This document shows, piece by piece, positions 50,084 to 62,450 of a DNA stretch of 64,000 nucleotides. The stretch spans positions 89,466,001-89,530,000 of the forward strand of contig NW_026262712.1 in NCBI RefSeq assembly GCF_021869535.1. The letters are read 5' to 3'. The notes under the pieces are model-generated. The model saw only the letters and a list, made by a program, of their open reading frames with translations, ran no database searches and was not told where the DNA came from. Both the position numbers and the translations under genes were made by a program. This DNA comes from Mytilus californianus (taxonomy: Eukaryota). Position 1 is the stretch's first letter; each line of letters starts with the position of its first letter.

Positions 50084-50233
50084 GAAACGATAATGGAAAA
50101 AGAGAGTCTGTCTTCAACAACACATTACACTCGGAAGAAATCGTTCCCTTTTCAACACGAACATGGATTACATGCAGGGATGTATAGTGCTCATGGCTCT
50201 AGAAGACCATCAGTGGCTTACAGGGCCGTTAAA
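50084..50233 (+). CDS. HVCN1-like: Hv exon: N-terminus (ETI)MEKESLSSTTHYTRKKSFPFQHEHGLHAGMYSAHGSRRPSVAYRAVK
   Basis: ttttattttgattag acceptor, ATG at 50093 in strong context, AAA|GTAAGT donor, phase 0 into the next exon. No direct homology support. Confidence 0.75.
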
Positions 50234-52089
50234 GTAAGTATATATTAGTGTAGATATTTAACAGACGACACTATCATAGATAATGATAAACATCACGTGG
50301 TTCGTTTTTTCTCATTTCTTCATAGGTAAAAATTGATTTTGACGTCAATTTTTTGTTTGCCGTCGACTGATTTTGCTATTGTGACGTAATGACTAAAGGT
50401 GACCATGCCTGGTGATATCAAACAAAATGAATTGTTTGCAGAGCATTTTTAACGAATCTCAAAGTTTTCCTGCATATCAGTTTAATCATTATGAAACATA
50501 TTGCGCCACCATATATTTTTGTTCTCTCGAAAGTAAGATTTTAAATATTCAAAACGGTCAACCAGCTTCGCCTTTTGAAAATTGAAAGTAACTGTCTCAA
50601 ATTATACTTAATTTCAGAAAAAAACCTGTGTGTTTTTTAAAATATTTTTGGCAGTTCATCGGTTTAAACCTATTTTTTCTAGGTCATAATTCCCTTTAAA
50701 TGTTTGAATGAGAGAAAAAAAAAGATGTTATAGGACTGATCATTTGCTTAAAATTATGATTTCACGAATCTTTTCCATTTAGTAATGCATAAACTAGATA
50801 ACAAGAATCATAATTAACATTAAACCTATTAACTCTGCAGTTGGTATAGTCTTTTGGAACACCTGTTGTTGTTGAATATTCTTTTGTTAATTAAACAAGC
50901 AATAATCATAATTGTCATAGAGCTGCGTAATTATCAGACTGTACTTCATCATCAGTCATTGACGTATGATGAACAAGGTTCCAGTAATGTTTTAGAAAAA
51001 AATAGCCTTTGTGAATCATCGTTAAACAACACATTAAAATATACTTTTTGAAGTTTTCAATATCTTAACCTTGACTTCGACAATTAGACAACAATATTTC
51101 AAGTGAAAATGGCTTCGTAATTATAATTAGCCAATTAACAAGCTTGTTAAGCATTCCCTGAAAGAAATGGTATGTTGTCCGTTTGTCCATTTGAACCAGA
51201 AGCAAGGTATTAATGTTTTTTTGCACATACAAATATACATAGCATACATTAAGTTGAAGGTAACACCTTTACTTTTATGTAATTCTTTGTAATAATGCCA
51301 ATGTACCCTTGTAATTGGTCTTAAGCTTTATTTAATGTTTTGTTTTCTTTTGCTGAACCTTGAGATCTTAAAGGATTGAAGAAAAGCATTTCCGGTTACG
51401 CTGAATAACTCCACATGTTGTAACAAATATCAGATCATAAAACGCAATAACATTTGAAGTTTTCCTTCTTCTTAGAAAAGGTACATACTCCATTTCAAAA
51501 CAATTTTCCAAACTATCATAGAACTCGTACTTTCGTTTCTCTTGAGAAGTTTTTAAACTGACGTGATTTAATACAAGAAATAAATCAAGCAAATGAAAGT
51601 GGAATATTACGTAATTGTATTCCATCTTCTTTTAAAGTCGAACGCTTGTAAAAGTTGCTCTCAATTTCAACTCTTCTGGTAGAAAACTTCCTCTTAATGT
51701 TACTTGTCTTCTAAATTATGATTTTATATAACAAAAAGGTGCACTTGATTGATATCTTTATGCTTTTGTAGTGTGTTTCGTCTTTTATACTTACATAAAA
51801 CATTTCAAATTATTAATTGATATTGCTGGTACAATTTTCATCAAGCTTTTTGTTATTATCATATTATATAATAAGTTGGAGATACAGAAGTAAATATATA
51901 AGTAACAATTTTCCATGTACAAAAAATACATATTTGTTTTGTGGTGAAAGTGAACTTTCTTTCAATACATTTACATAGACGATATTTGTTTGTTCTTAAT
52001 TTGGACAAATATATTCGAGATAATATGATTTTCATGAAAATATGCTTCATGTGAGTATATTTTAAATTTTCCTAAAGTAATACTGACAC

Positions 52090-52370
52090 ACTGTCCCAAG
52101 TCAGGAGCCTGTAATTCAGTGGTTGTCGTTTGTTTCTATGTATCATATTTGTTTTCGTTCATTATTTTGTACATAAATTATGCCGTTTGTTTTCTCGTTT
52201 GAATTGTTTTACATTTGTCATTTCGGGGCCTTTTATAGCTTACTATGCGGTATGGGTTTTGCTCATTGTTGAAGGTCGTACGGTGACCTATAGTTGTTAA
52301 TTTCTGTGTCATCTGGTCTCTTGTGGAGAGTTGTCTCGCTGGCAATTATGCCACATCTTCTTATTTTTAT
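52090..52370. mobile_element. Family A copy (near complete) in Hv intron
   Basis: GTCCCAAGTCAGGAGCCTGTAATTCAGTGGTTGTCG...GGAGAGTTGTCTCGCTGGCAATTATGCCACATCTTCTT. Confidence 0.85.
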
Positions 52371-53037
52371 ATGTACATACAATCATTTCCGATATCCACA
52401 TGTTTTTGTTGTTGTTTCTTTTCTCCTTATTTTTTTATTTTTGTAGTTAATTACATTCTTGTGAGTTTACAAACTTTGTTTACCGTAGCAACTTCCTTAA
52501 CGATTTTTCCTTTTCCGTTTATTTTTTGCTTGATTAAGCTTATATTGTCTCAAGAAATAATTGTCATCACTTGAAATCAGATGTCCGTCCGTCCGTCAGT
52601 CATTATTTTTTTTCTCGTTGAAATAAGAATAAAGGACCCGTGTGGTCAACGTTTCCGTACACAAAATTTTATGAAGAACACATCAGTTTAGATAAATCTT
52701 CTCATTCGTTTGATAAAAACAACTAGAATAAAGTTTGTTTTAAAAAGAAATTAACAACTTTAGCAGAACGGAATGAGGTAAACTGGTCTGCCCCATTTTA
52801 TTTTGAATGATATATGTGTATGATAATTATGCACAATACATGCGCAGTGGACGGAAGAGGAAAGGGACAGGGACTATTCTGGAAATGTATCATTATGGGC
52901 ATTTTGTGTTAATTGCAAATCTCTGGTTTTCTCTGTTAAATAGTATTGACATCATATTTTAGATTTGACCTCTAGAGTTACTTTTGTGTCATTGGGATGT
53001 TGTCGGATTGACATATCTCAACTTTTATAGTATATAT

Positions 53038-53285
53038 TTTATTTGCCCCCTACCGGCGAAGTTGAAGGGGACTGTAAGTTTGCATGCCGTCTGTCCTTTA
53101 ATCCGTCTTTATTTTTTTTTCAAATGTTGGACAAGGAAATTTCTCGATATTATCATTTTCGACAGTTTTTCTGTTACGCCTGAAACAATTGATTAGTTTT
53201 TTAGTATATAGTCATGCCAAAGAGCGTACAGAATAAATTTTAGTTTCTAACGGGTAGAACGATCTTTGCGGAAGTTGTGACCCAT
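53038..53285 (+). mobile_element. Truncated HINE-like element (5' part)
   Basis: CCCCT-accggcgaagttga-AGGGG hairpin followed by a degenerate CGTC/CTGTC microsatellite. An isolated (CGTC)n is also at ~52583-52602. Confidence 0.45.
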
Positions 53286-53349
53286 GAAATAAAAATATCC
53301 TTTTCTGTACTCAATCCGTAAGCCTGAAAAATTCTTTCCCGATTTGAAT

Positions 53350-53530
53350 GAGGGTCCGGTGCCCAGTGGTCCAAGTAGTTCATCCATCTGCAATGGTCAC
53401 ACGACTGTCAACTCTAAGGTTTTTGAATTCGAACCCGGCTCATGGCGAGATTTGTTCGACTCCAATCTTAACTGACAAGAATTGATTGCATAATTTCTTG
53501 CCAAAGATCGCGGTGGTAGTACTTTATGCT
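53350..53530 (+). mobile_element. Decayed tRNA-derived SINE (5' part)
   Basis: A-box-like GGTGCCCAGTGGTCCAAG and B-box-like GAATTCGAACCC, followed by CTCGACTCCAATCTTAACTGAC. No cloverleaf. Confidence 0.55.
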
Positions 53531-53628
53531 CCATGTCATATATTTACCGTAGACAAAATACTTAAAACAAAAATTGTGTAATATATTTTATCATCATTAG
53601 AACTGTAGTGATATTAATGTGTTTACAG

Positions 53629-53747
53629 GCTGTGGAAAATGTCGCTAGACGAATGTCCACACCTGATTTCTCAATTGAAAGAATTGAGCAAAACTTAGAG
53701 GAAGAACTTGAGAGAGAATCAAAAGAACCAGAAAAACTTGGAGACAT
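53629..53747 (+). CDS. HVCN1-like: Hv exon: AVENVARRMSTPDFSIERIEQNLEEELERESKEPEKLGD(I)
   Basis: tttacag acceptor, AT|GTAAGA donor, purine-rich coding composition. Phase 2 matches the S1 exon. Confidence 0.85.
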
Positions 53748-55418
53748 GTAAGATTACATATCTATATCAAGAACTGTCAGAGTATATTTATAATAGAAAA
53801 AGAAACCCCTTTCTGTGGTCATTGGAATTATATTTACTAAGACGAAAAAATATTTCAATAACATGACAATGTAGTTACATATACAAAACACAGATGTCGA
53901 ATTCAGGATAGAACAGAAATTTAAACCATATAAACTCGTACTTATTTGCGTGTATTTACTTTTTATACTTATTTTTTTCCTTTTTTATATTTCTGCTTAC
54001 TTATTCTTCTAATAAATGAAGTTTTGGCAGTCAATATAACACTATGACACTGACAGCAGCAATTACAGGCGAGAAACAGGGTTCCACGGAACCCTTTACA
54101 AATTTTGTTTATGATATAAACGTATTTATCGTACCGATTTTAGTGCGCCAAAAAGATAAACATTGAAAATTTTTACTTTTTAAATTGATATCGCGCACAA
54201 TTTGTGTGTAATAAGCGTATGCATGATCTTAAAATCCTCTGCCAATATATTAATGGACATTTTGCATTAAAAAGATGCGTTCTCCCAGTTTGATGTGAAT
54301 CCATTGCCAATATATTTCATGATCATACTTGTATGAATTGATTGCACAAGTAAAGTAAAAATGGACTCTTATGTAATGTTATTTTTTCTATTTAAAAAGC
54401 CAAATGGATAAAAAAAATATCCTATTATCTAATTTACCAAATGTAAATTAAGCCAAAAAAGTGCTTCGCACACTTTAAATTAGTCTAGTTATACTTCGAT
54501 TTTGCTTCTATAGAAATATAACTGTTTCCTTTCTCAAGGTTGTAGACTAACAGCTAATAGACATATCTATTATATCCATATGATGCTGCATATTCCTTTT
54601 ATATGTATATGACTGCAAAGAAAATTTAATGGTACAAATGTTTATTTTACTTTTAAAAATTGTAAAAGGCATTAATCATTTTGTCTGAAATAATCAATTT
54701 CCATTCTATAACAAAATAAACAAGGAAAAACACTTAAACAATTTTACACTAAAATTACAGATTACACAGATTTTAATTGAATCAAATTTTAAATATGGAA
54801 TAAAGGAATTTCTTATACCAAAGAACATGGAAATTAAAAATACAATAAAAGTTTTGTTGTTCCCTCCAGGTCTGTTCGATTTTAAAGCTCTCCAAACTTT
54901 TTTTATTATTTGATATTCTAAACGCTTTGTCTCGAATGCACATGATAAAAGTTATTTTAGGAACACGTGTTTTTTTCACGGACATCAGTATCACGCTTTT
55001 TTCTTCAGTTTTTCAGATATATTTTTATAACGATAATAAAACTTAACATGCGATGAATTAAAACGGCAATAACCAAACTGCTTAACTAAATCTTGCATGT
55101 ATATAATTTGCATGTCTTTCGTGCAAAACTTTCATAGAGGTTGAAATTATGACCTGAATCGTAGTAAGAAATACAATAGACATGTATAGTCTGTAGAAGA
55201 AAAAAAGGAGTATACCGAATTTGTAAAACAAAACGAATAAGGAAAAAGTGACATTAAAATACGAAGTAAGTTTAAGACAACACAAATAATATGCCTCATT
55301 TCTAAAGTAACAGAAAACAAAATCAAGTCTGAATGATTTAATAAAGAAACAACTTAGCGTCTCGTATGACTGATTAAAAAACATAATTTTTTAACACTAC
55401 AAACTTTTCTTGTTACAG

Positions 55419-55543
55419 TTTACGAAGGTCTGGTGAGAAACTCCTACATAGTAAAAAAGTTCTGTTTTTGATCGTGCTTTTAAACATCATCGATTGTGGA
55501 TTGGTTCTTGGTGAATTAATTTTAGATATACACTTTATAAAAG
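55419..55543 (+). CDS. HVCN1-like: Hv exon, S0-S1: LRRSGEKLLHSKKVLFLIVLLNIIDCGLVLGELILDIHFIK(D)
   Basis: D112, V116, E119 and D123 equivalents are conserved. cttttcttgttacag acceptor, non-canonical AAG|GCAAGT donor. Confidence 0.92.
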
Positions 55544-57041
55544 GCAAGTATTAGATAATGTAACATCTAACATACCTTATAAATCTGAAAACTGAATAAC
55601 GTTGGATATAAAAGGATTGCCTTCAAATTTTCAAAAATAACTAGTTCAGGGTATTAATTCTTCGACACATGTCATGTATTAAACATGTATTCATTGTAAC
55701 ATATAAATATGGAGAACACCAATTCAAATGTGTTTCTTAGATATGAAACAGTTTACTGAAGGTTACGAGAATTTCGGGGTAAACATAAATCTTATTTTAT
55801 CAATAAAATGTAGTATTACTGATGTAACGTAAACCACAATTCAATTAGAAGGAAGGCCATGCATTGTCTTTAATTAAGAATTAATTCGTTTATGTTATTG
55901 ATATTGTATTGAAAGTGTCTTTAGTATCAAAGTTTAGCAATCAATCAAAAGCGTTTTGATTTTATGCATATTTGTACAATTGTTGGATATTGTTAGGAAT
56001 ATAGAATCTTCAATATCCAATTCCACCAAGTTTCGTTAACTTTTGGTTTTTAACCCCATAGTGAAACAATTTATGTGCAATTGCTCACAACTCTTTTTTG
56101 TGTGTGTATTTTTTGCATAAGGTAATGTCCAATTGAATGTACAGTTGAATTACTACTTAAAACTCATTATATACCTGCATGGAATGTATACATTCCTTGC
56201 GCCGTAGACTGATAGGTAAAACTTGTTCTGTAATAAAGTTCAAGACATTTGCAAGCAATTGTAAGCAAACTAAATATTTTCGAAAATATATTAAGGTAAA
56301 GATCAACGTTCTAAAAGTGCAGTTATTAAATATCACCAGGGGGTTAAGGAAATAATTTGAAATGTTGATAATATTTCACAGATAATTTGCAATGCAGCAA
56401 TAGAATTATAATATATCATGATTATTCGTTAGATGATTATATTCGCAGTACAGTGTCGGAATTATTAGATTAATTTGTTATATATGAAATTGTCCGACGT
56501 TTTGTATGGAGGGTATCGTGGAAGAGTGTTCTGCAGAGAAGGCATCTTTGAAAAAATATTACCAAAAATATTTTTCGTGGTATTTATGTTTAGTACCAAT
56601 TTCACGAAAGAGATAAACGATCCGTTCACAATCATTACTAAAACAATTTTTCATGGCACCTAGTATAGTGAATAGTACCATTTTCACTATGAAACCCGAT
56701 TCATTCCTTATCTATTTTGCTCTCTATGTATTTAATCAGAGAAAGGTCATTATATTTACAAGACCTTGACCACAGTAAGCACGATGTGAAGAACAAATTA
56801 TCGAACGTATCACTGAAAATTGGCTAAATTGCTTTATTAATATATATTATTGGTAAATATGGACGGATGGTTGTCTAAAGATTGATGATTATACCTTCCT
56901 TAATCAATGTGATTGATTATACCCTCTTTAGGAAGATTATCTTTCATTGACGTTTCTAAGTCTAATCATCATCTTCTTTATTTTACGACTAAGTATGCTC
57001 AGGTGCTACAACAGTTATATGTATATTTACAAAAACATTTG

Positions 57042-58102
57042 TTTTAAGCTCACATAGTCTGAAAGGCCAGTGTGAGCTTTTGCCATCACTTGGCGTCCGT
57101 CGTCTGTGGTCAGTTAACTTTTACAAAGATCATCTCCTCTGAAACTACTAGGCTACATTTAACCTAACTTGGCCATAATCATCAATGAAGTGTCTAGTTT
57201 TAAAAATGTGTACAATGACCCTGCCTGTCGACAAACATGGTCGACATGGCTAAAAATAGAACATATGGGTAAAATGCATTTTTTTTCTATTTCCTTGAAA
57301 ACCGCTATGGATAAAGAAAATCTGACGAGGCAAAAGTGTTCAGAATGGTATGATCTACCTTCTGTATATTGACATCAAAATTGCCAGACGACTTCTATCG
57401 GAGTAATTGCCGTTAAACGACGAATTTCACCATTCATTTTTTTTTCTTGCGTATTATTTTGTAAATCTTAATAGATATACTGAAACTTTAATTAGCAAAA
57501 ATAATCAGCAAGACAAGACCTACAAATGAATCAAACGACTAAAATCGTCGGTCAACACCTTGTCGAAGTTATAATTGCCCTTTAAAGACGATGTTCCCCA
57601 ATGTTTTACATTTTAGCTTTTATCTTGAAAACTATAATAGACATGCAGAAACTTTGAAAAGCAAAAATGATCTACAAGTAAGTTAAACAACCGAAATGTT
57701 TAGTTGACTTCTCATTGAAGTTATTGCCCTTTAATGACATTTTTTTTGCATTTTTGACTATAGATAGATAGAAACTTTAAAAAGGAAAATATTCAGCTTG
57801 ACAAGATCTAAATAATAAGTCAACATGACGAAATCGTTAGTTGTCTCCTTATTAGAGTTGTTACCCTTTCATAATAATGTTTATCATTTTTTTGCCTTTA
57901 ATCTTGAAAACTATAATAGATAAATAGAAACTTTAAAAGGAAAAATGATCAGTCAGGATAAGATCTACAAAAATGTCAAAATTACTGAAATAGTCAGTTT
58001 ACTCTTAATATAGTTATTCCCCTTTAATGATGATTTTCATTAAAAAGTGGCCATTGTTGAAGATGTAGGTGAGCGTAATATGCTCTTTAGAGCCTCTAGT
58101 TT
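57042..58102 (+). mobile_element. Complete HINE-like Helentron derivative with ~4.5 internal ~140-165-bp repeats
   Basis: 5' TTTT-AGCTCAC...GTGAGCT hairpin and CGTC microsatellite. Units start G(A)GT(T/A)ATTGCCC at ~57401, 57570, 57719, 57856 and 58012. 3' GGTGAGCG, then hairpin GCTCT-TT-AGAGC and CTAG-TTT. Confidence 0.85.
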
Positions 58103-59125
58103 GCAAATGTAATACACGCAAATTTGCCAGAAAATTGCCTTAGTCATATATCTGCTCGGAAAAAATGGCCGGCTATTTCTGTCCTTGGTATAGGCCCTGG
58201 TATCATCCCTCGAACGTATGAACCCTAGGCTTGCTTCTTGTGCTGATATGGGAATCTTGGGATGGCAGCAGGGCCGACATGGAAAAGGACATGTTACGAT
58301 CTATTTATCATGTATAAAGCTAATGCTTTAAAAAGTTATCCATATATTCGAAAATATAGGAAGGAAGGTGGATGATGCAGGTTTCCTTTGACCCCTCAGA
58401 AGTGCGGAAAAATATTTCAGACTTTGAAATAATGAAATAATGATGAATAGAATGAAACAGATACGAGTAGCAATTTTGGTGCATACGTGCCTTATTTTGT
58501 TGAATGAAAAAAGCCCAAAGTGGATTAAGTTTTAATAAGTGTGAACAGGGGTAATTGTTTGGGTTTACTTTCTCTGAGCAGATTTCATAGCATGAACAAG
58601 GCATAGTGTAATTCTGTGATTAATACATATGCTAAACCCAATGTTTACACTACAAATATTTGATAAAAGTTGTTCATTTCCATACAAATATAAGTTGTCT
58701 GTGAAAAGTAAGCGAAAACAATTCAGACAGTGTATCTTTATTTATCTTCTAGGAAGTTTATTAGAAAAGCCATCTAAAGCTTAACTAGTGTTCAAAAGCA
58801 TTATAACAATTGCCAATGCAAGTAAATAATAAGATGTAACGACCTATTCATATACAACTCTTCTTCCATTGGGACGTCAAATAAGACGGTAAAGGACATT
58901 ATTTAGAACTAATATATTTTCTTTTGTTCCTATAATTAAATGTACCCATTATGATTTTGTTATTAAAGAGTTTCTGATTAAAAGCATTTCACGTCATTTT
59001 TACTATTTTATTTTTCTGACAGGTTTAAATAGAATAGTGTTTCATATATAAGAATGTATGCATTTCGGATATCACATAATTTAATTAACTTCTTGAAATA
59101 TAAACTTCCTGTTTTACAATTTCAG

Positions 59126-59433
59126 ATATGGTAAACGACTCAAAAGTTTTAATCAAAAAGTTCATGGTTATCTTACGGACCGAGTTTGCTGCAATATTTG
59201 GATTAATAGACACATTAGATGTACCTGCATATTTCAACACAGTCATAAATACAATTTCACATCCTTCAAAATATAATCGGACGTTATCAAACAAATCTAG
59301 TGATCATTTTCAACAATTTACACATCAAGATATGCCAACTTTTTTGGATACAACAGTTACAACAATAGAAGAAGATATAGCTCATGCATTTCATAAAGCT
59401 AGTATAGCAATATTAGGTTTCCTTGTTTTAATG
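59126..59433 (+). CDS. HVCN1-like: Hv exon: long S1-S2 loop and S2 (...EEDIAHAFHKASIAILGFLVLM)
   Basis: tttcag acceptor in phase 1, ATG|GTAAGC donor. FHxxSIxIL matches Hv1 FHYMSITIL. Confidence 0.92.
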
Positions 59434-59469
59434 GTAAGCATATTACAATGTGCGAATTTTGGAGCATAA

Positions 59470-59575
59470 CAAGTAAGAACGTTGCTGAGATCACTGCCCA
59501 AAAATACATATGTACGAAACGCGCGTATGGGGTTATAAAGTATAAACCTGGTATATTTGATGAGTTTTTCATACC
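59470..59575. repeat. Interspersed repeat (GACGAAACGCGCGTCTGGCG type)
   Basis: GTACGAAACGCGCGTATGGGG...CCTGGTAT.TTTGATGAGTT. A second copy is at ~60340-60455. Confidence 0.65.
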
Positions 59576-61510
59576 TACATAGCAATGTAAAATTACCAAA
59601 CTGTGGCTTAGTAAAAGTAATAAAACAAAAGTTATCGAAAGTATCTTACTGATCAATATATTTTTAGCCACTTAAAAAAAAATCCAAACCACAAATCCCA
59701 GCACATTGCTGGGTCTTGATCCACATCAATTCACTTGAACCTCTAGCTAATAATAAAAATATGACAATGCGCGTTAACATGGACGTAAGATTGATAAATC
59801 TTCAAATATCCTAAAAAAAAGTCATATATCATATATTTTTGTATGTATGAGCAATAAGCAACACGACAATTGTAACAAAAGAGCAGAACCGGAACACAAT
59901 TCCAAAGCAACTGAAATTACCCTTGTTTTGGTTTTTGGATTATGTTACTCAGTATGTAGTGTTTTGAAGACTGTAGTGTGCCTTTTTTGTTCTATTTTTA
60001 TTTTTGCCCATTGTAAATGATTTTATTCATTGACTTATGGTTTTTTGTCCCCTTTGTACTAACTTGAGAAACTTTTACATGCACATATTATTGTCATTTT
60101 TTAACAACAGACAAAAATGAGAGATGAATTATTGCATTTTTAATGAATGCTGCATACATATAATGTTATCAAAATCGAAATTGTGATTATTTAGTATTCC
60201 GAATTCTATTACAATGCAGTTTTCTCAGTAATTAAAACCTCAAAAATTTTTAATTTACATTTAAATCTAGTAACATAATTTTCAACTGTCTTTGGCAAAA
60301 CCTTTCGGAATAATGGCTCCTCTATGATTTGCAATGTAACACTTTATTTGGCCGTTTAACTTTTTTGATTCGAGCGTCTTTGATGAGTATATTCTAGGCG
60401 AAAAGCGCGTCTGGTGTACAAAATATGAGCCTAGTATCATTGATGAGTTGTTTAAGGTATATAATGTCCACATTCATTGTAGATATAATCCTTGAATACA
60501 AATAATTTAGTCGAGCAAACTACCGAAATCACCATGATTTGCATTCAAACATCTTTTGGTATAGCTAATTTCATATAAGCCTACAATGTGACAGACAAAG
60601 GATATCAATATCATGATATGTCTTCTTTTTTGACAGACATTGATCTCTTTCATCAACCTTTCTGGTTTCAACAAATATTATACTGATGTACAAACATTAA
60701 AAGTAAACGAAGACTTATTTATTACAACGGGAAACCGCCTGGCGAAATAAGATAACACTAATCAATATTTTAAATCTGTAATAACGAAATAGAAATGTTA
60801 CTTAATTGACAGTATTGTTTTATTAAACGAGTTCCATTCAGTATGCATGAACAATCTTCAATGCTACTTTTTAAAATTATTAATATCTTCGAAAAATGAT
60901 AAGAGCTGAACGTTGAACTTTGTGTTTTTTTTTCACAACTAATTTTCCTAAAGGTTTTGGTGAAAACAATTATTTCTGAATGTATCGAATGCAAGTAAGC
61001 ATCGGTATTTGATTAGATATGAATGAAAAAGATAGACGAAATATACCAAAAGGATATTCAAACTCTTAAGTCGAAAACAAATTGACAATGCCATGGCAAA
61101 AAACGAAAAACGACGAAAAGACCAACAACAGTACACAAAACACAACATAAAAAACTGAAGACAGAGCAGCTGTTACTGGTATTTATACTAAGGAGTGTGC
61201 GACAGGAGCATAAAAGGCCACTGCTGGATTGAAACGAAAGATCCTTGGTCCTCTAGCATGCATAACCATACAGATCATATTAAAGTTGCAGTGCCCATCT
61301 AAAACTAAAATAGATATTTTTTCCAAATTATGCGATAATCTTACTCATCCAAGTTGTTGGGAAAAGTAGATATGTAATTTGTATGATATTTTATGTTCGG
61401 AGAAATAGCAAAAAACACAAAGTTTGATAGAAACTAAAATTCCGTGCTGTCGATATTTTTATGTTTGGATTGATGTAAAAATAATTTCTTTATTTTCTTT
61501 ATTTTTACAG

Positions 61511-61564
61511 ACTATTTTAAAAGTATTTTGTTACGGAAAAGAAATATTCAAGAAAAAACTTCAG
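61511..61564 (+). CDS. HVCN1-like: Hv exon, S2 end and S2-S3 linker: TILKVFCYGKEIFKKKLQ
   Basis: Long polypyrimidine tract ending tttttacag, CAG|GTAAAC donor. K157, E164 and K169 equivalents are in register. Confidence 0.92.
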
Positions 61565-61999
61565 GTAAACTTTGTGAATCTAAAATGCAAGAAATATTCA
61601 AGTAAAACAAGGTACTGTGTATATATATCTCGAAATAAAGAAAACAATTTGATATACATTGTAAACTTTGAAAAGTGTTTTGTCATAAGCCGCAGTCATA
61701 TTATTTTATTTTGAAATTTCAACAAATCATCTGAAAAATCTAATAATGAAACAAGTTTAGAAATATTCGTGCCTCCAAAATGTGACGGATTGTTAATCCT
61801 ATTTGAGCCTGATTTTCATACTTATGAGTCATTTGTGATACATGAAGCTATCTACGTTTTAGGGGGAGGTCTCAGACTTAATTTGGCTATGGATTTGCAT
61901 ATTGGGTGATTTATAACAGGAAATCCTACCTTGTCGACGTACAACGTCCTACTTCTTTTGTAGTTCTTGTGAATCCCTAAGTTTCAAGTTTCAAAGAGC

Positions 62000-62450
62000 C
62001 AGTATAAGCTATTGCTAGCAATTCGGGACCATCGTCTGTCCGCCGTCATCGCCAATCATTTGTTTACTTTTACAAATATCTTCTTCTCTGAAACTACAAG
62101 GCCAAATAAAAACAATAGGGCATAGGGGCCAAATATTTTATCATTTATTATCTTGTTAACCATTCTAGATAGAGACAATATGACAAGGGAAGAAATGTTC
62201 AGAATGACGAGATCTACGCACCAGTCATATTGACCAAAACTGTCAGACGACTCCTCATACGAGTGATTGTCCTTAAATAATTTATTTTAACCATTTTTGT
62301 TTTTGCCCTTTTATCTTGAAATCTATAAAAGATATAGAGAAACTCTAAAAGAAAAATTATCTGCAAGACCATTTCTATAAATAAGCTAAATGACAGAATA
62401 TCGTCAGCGACTCAACATCGATAAAGTACTGTTGCCTAAATTATATAAAC
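62000..62450 (+). mobile_element. Truncated sibling of the 57042 HINE
   Basis: CATCGTCTGTCCGCCGTC...TTTACAAA.ATC.TC.(T/C)CTCTGAAACTAC.AGGC and TTTTATCTTGAAA.CTATAA units are shared with 57100-57960. Confidence 0.75.

Noticed and set aside
50938-50978. Possible extra Hv exon (TVLHHQSLTYDEQ)
   Set aside because: Weak donor (GTTCCA), and phase 1 is incompatible with the phase-0 exon at 53629.
51340-51720. Minus-strand coding-like stretch (85-aa ORF)
   Set aside because: I could not match any frame to a known domain. A faint resemblance to a LINE C-terminus is too weak without a translated search.
58150-58300. GC-richer patch in Hv intron 3
   Set aside because: Stops occur in all + frames, with no splice pair and no second copy. 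Probably a repeat fragment.
59434-59469. C-terminal part of the listed 113-aa ORF (VSILQCANFGA)
   Set aside because: Intronic read-through past the ATG|GTAAGC donor. The Hv alignment continues in exon 61511.
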